Position numbers and translations under genes: made by a program. The notes under the pieces are model-generated. The model saw nothing but the letters and a program-made list of their open reading frames with translations. It was not told the origin of the DNA and made no database searches. Positions 60,655 through 64,000 of a stretch of 64,000 nucleotides of DNA are shown here, one piece after another. The DNA lies in contig CM120641.1 of the NCBI GenBank assembly GCA_051362555.1, positions 38,756,401-38,820,400 on the forward strand, written 5' to 3'. This DNA is from Lingula anatina (lineage: Eukaryota > Animalia > Brachiopoda). Each line of letters opens with the position of its first letter. Within the stretch, counting starts at the first letter, position 1.

Positions 60655-63600
60655 ATGCATCTGTCATCGCGAGTAATATTGAAAACATGGTGCATAAGAG
60701 CATCTCAAAAAAGGTAAGTTGTCATATAAACCTAATTGGAGTCTAAGATTGTGATCTTCATTTTAAATTCTTTGCCATCTTTGCGTGCACATTTTGGACT
60801 GTACACATTTCAGTGTATTTGCAAGTAGTAATATTGTAAACCGCAATCAAGTATCAGTGATTAGTACTTACCTACAAATCAGCGACACATGTGCAATATG
60901 CCCTTTAAATTATTCATGTAATTACTCGATTTTTGATGTTGTCAAAACTAAGTTGTAAGGTGGTGTAAATCAGTGCCTCTGCCGTTCAATGAGTTAAGGA
61001 CATTATCACCCTTCTCCCAAAATCCTTATTTACTGCCTTACATACATTCTTTCAGGTAATAGATAAATCTTCAGTGTTCAGTGACTAAATTAATTACGAT
61101 TTATACATATGTCATCTTACGGGTGTTGTCATAATTGCGATTTTGGTGTAAGAACTGAAAAATCCTTTTCTCAAATTTCTCTTTTACCTGAGCACCCACG
61201 ATTTCTATTTCCACCCAAATTTAATGACGCTATTTAGTACTCTAAAACCCTGCCAGCAATTTTTTGAGTCTTCATTAAGATTTTATCATTGATAAAGCAA
61301 AATAATACCCTTGTTTAATGATAATCTGTAATTAACTCATGTTCATATCTCCATAACAAAAACATTTAAATCAAATTGCAGCATGGGATTGTAGCCCATT
61401 TAGTCTGAGTCATGTTCCACTCTGCCAATTTTCTTGATAAAATTTTGTTCAGGGGTGAAGTTATGCCCCATGCCAATTGCTATCTCACCTCGAAATAAAA
61501 AGGTGTTAAATTGATGGTTAAAGTTTTGAGTTGCCTATGCTTATACATTGCAACAAGAAATATAACACCGATGTTTTGTATTTTCAAGGGTTTTTTTTTC
61601 ATTGTTTCAAATCAGCACAAAGATAGATGCATTATTGAATAATTAAATGCTGAAAAAATTTCATTTTCGATATCTGGATGATAATAAAGGGTAACATTAT
61701 CCTTAACAGGGGTTTATACTGTACAGCCTTTAAAAGTGATTGAATTTTAGCCCTGTGCCTTGAATTCAGTTTGTGGTCTGATAATTGCAGTTTGCCTTGA
61801 AAAGGGCTGAACTGGATTTGTCAGAAATTATTTTAAATCTTGTTATTTTGACCTGAATATAGACAATAATTTGCAGGAAGGGAGAATACCCTTTTTGGAC
61901 ACAATTTGATTTAATCATTTTCACGTTTCAACATTTATGTGTTTATTACAAAGTTTGAATGAAATTTTACTTGCCTTTTATGTTTGATATGTATACTAAA
62001 TGACAGCACTAGTACAATCCTTCATTTGCATCAAAAACTCCTTAAAAAGTATTTGAATAAGAGTCTCAAAAGTCCTTGAGTTTGTTCTTAGCATTCCTGT
62101 ATGAACCCAGGTTACCCTGTGTAATTGAATAACCTTGTGTGATACTTACCAACATCCATAACTTGACCTGTAGCTGATAATATATAAGTATACACCCTAA
62201 AGACACATTTAGGTTGTGGCCTAGCTAGCACTTGGCTCTTCTCATTTCTCATTTCTGAATGGCCTCTTAAACTTAATGCTCTTTACCCTGTATGCCAAGA
62301 AACACGGGAGTTTGTATCAAGTTATTTTTATGGCTCACCATTTTTCTCCTTTTTATTTAGGTTGAATGTGCACCAAGTATGTTTGTATATACCTCAGAAG
62401 ACAGCCAGTCCTTCTCCTGTATTGTATATAGGCCATAGGCAACACAGTATGTCAACAGTACGGTCACAATTACACCAGGAAGGTGTACTACCCCCAGCAG
62501 CAGTAGAAGGGGAAGAAAAGCCCATTTCGGATAAGATACAAAGAATTGTGGATGAAATTAGTGGACTCACACTAAAGGAAGTAGCAGATTTGAATTCATT
62601 ATTAAAAGTAAGCAGTACATGTTGTATGTGTGTGAATAACCTGGACAAAAAATGTGTTAACGTATTTTAGATTTACTTTTAATATATCTTGTTACAAGCG
62701 TGAAACCATGTTTAAAAATTGTATGGCTAGGAAAAGGTTTCTAGTATGTGTTCCTTTACATTTAATTAGTTATCTTTGTTTACTTGTTAGACAAGTTGTT
62801 ACACATGGGTCATAACATACACACACTTAAAAATATCATCCAGTGTAAAATCTATTTGTTTTGGTGAATATTATTAATATTTTGAAGATGAAATAAGTTC
62901 AACACAACTTATAATTCTCGAAGAGTAAATGATTTATTTGCAGTCATTTTTGTATGGAAAATGAACGTAGTCAAGTAGTCCAATTTTCTTTATCTTTTCA
63001 GAAAACTCTAAATATAAGTGATGCCCCAGCTATGATGCCAATGGGCATGATGGGAAGTATGCCAGCCCAACCAGAAGAACCACAGGTAATGGCCATCATA
63101 AATATTCAAATGGACTGATGATAATGATGAATGTATCACTGTAAATAATCTGATGTTATTAAAGTGTTTTTATGTATTTGGTGTTGTTAGATCAGACAAA
63201 AATGTAACTTTGTGTACACATTACAATCTTCATTTTAGGAAGAGGAAGTAGCAACTCCTGTAGTTGTTACTGCTGTTCAAACTTCTTTTCAAGTAAAATT
63301 AACCGAATATGATGAAAGCAAGAAAGTTGCACTTATTAAAGAAATCAGAAGCACAGTGGAAGGAATGAACTTAGTACAGGTAAGTCTAGTTTACACACAC
63401 ACACTGCACAAGTCCATTTAGTGAAATACTTATTGTTAAGTTCAATTTGCAATTTGTGATAGGTTATATTACTTCTTTTATCCTAATGCCACTTATCTTC
63501 AAAATCCATGTCTTAAGTTATAATGCTCTTTTTTGTATTACAGGCTAAGAAATTTGTTGAAAGTTTACCCCAAGTTGTTATACAAGATGTTGGCCAGGAA

Positions 63601-63660
63601 GAAGCGGAGACAGTGAAGAAAAAACTTGAGGCAGCAGGAGGTGTGGCACAGGTGGAATGA
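60655..63660 (+). CDS. MRPL12: 39S mitochondrial ribosomal protein L12 (bL12m)
   Basis: Exons 60655-60713 (MHLSSRVILKTWCIRASQK, presequence-like), 62361-62607 (KIQRIVDEISGLTLKEVADLNSLLK), 63002-63085, 63239-63379 (QTSFQVKLTEYDESKKVALIKEIRSTVEGMNLVQ), 63544-63660 (AKKFVESLPQVVIQDVGQEEAETVKKKLEAAGGVAQVE*). Confidence 0.94.
60994..61706. mobile_element. Probable TTAA-flanked non-autonomous DNA transposon
   Basis: TTAA-GGACATTATCACCC ... GGGTAACATTATCC-TTAA: imperfect 14-bp TIR (10/14) with TTAA on both sides, in MRPL12 intron 1. Confidence 0.45.
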
Positions 63661-64000
63661 AATCAAAGGATTTGAAATACAGTGGAAAAAAATATGAGTT
63701 CTCACTGGAATGAATTTTTGTGGAATGATCAGAGACACAGGGATTTTTCTAAAGCTTGATGTGCATTTTGGTCTTGAATAATACACACTCTTGTAAACCT
63801 TTGAGAGAACAAACAAGCATCCATGAAAGGACAATAGGATGATCCTTGATGTGTTCACAAACTGATAGTGGGTTTTTGTGTATCATAAGGGATGGTATGC
63901 TCAGAGCAAAAATGCATGGCATTCCTGATGATTTATTCCACTTATTAGAATGCTGCTTTAAGGCCAAGAAATAGACCGTAAAGTGTAGACCTTATTGTAA

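Overview
AT-rich, intron-containing animal genomic DNA, most likely mollusc/lophotrochozoan (inferred from the C1q-domain gene, the Meta/Deu-type SINE and the Helentron-type repeats). Manual splicing gives six conserved multi-exon genes: CEP95 (minus strand, runs off the left edge), an Amun/zgc:112496-like HhH protein (+), COX6B (+), KATNIP/KIAA0556 (-), TSEN54 (+) and MRPL12 (+). A small secreted C1q-domain gene is nested antisense in a KATNIP intron and carries an apparent 1-nt frameshift. About a quarter of the window is one family of non-autonomous Helentron/DINE-1-like elements with 159-bp internal tandem units. All six primary copies are intronic and co-oriented with their host gene; a seventh is nested antisense inside another copy, which reveals the empty target site and creates a foldback with ~1.15-kb arms. 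Also present: a U12-type intron in KATNIP, two head-to-head gene pairs, a CArG/CRE motif cluster, several MITEs, a tRNA-derived SINE, and Penelope and L2 remnants. I found no clearly new protein-coding system; the most unusual signals are in the repeat architecture and gene structure. Gene identities rest on remembered family motifs, not database searches.
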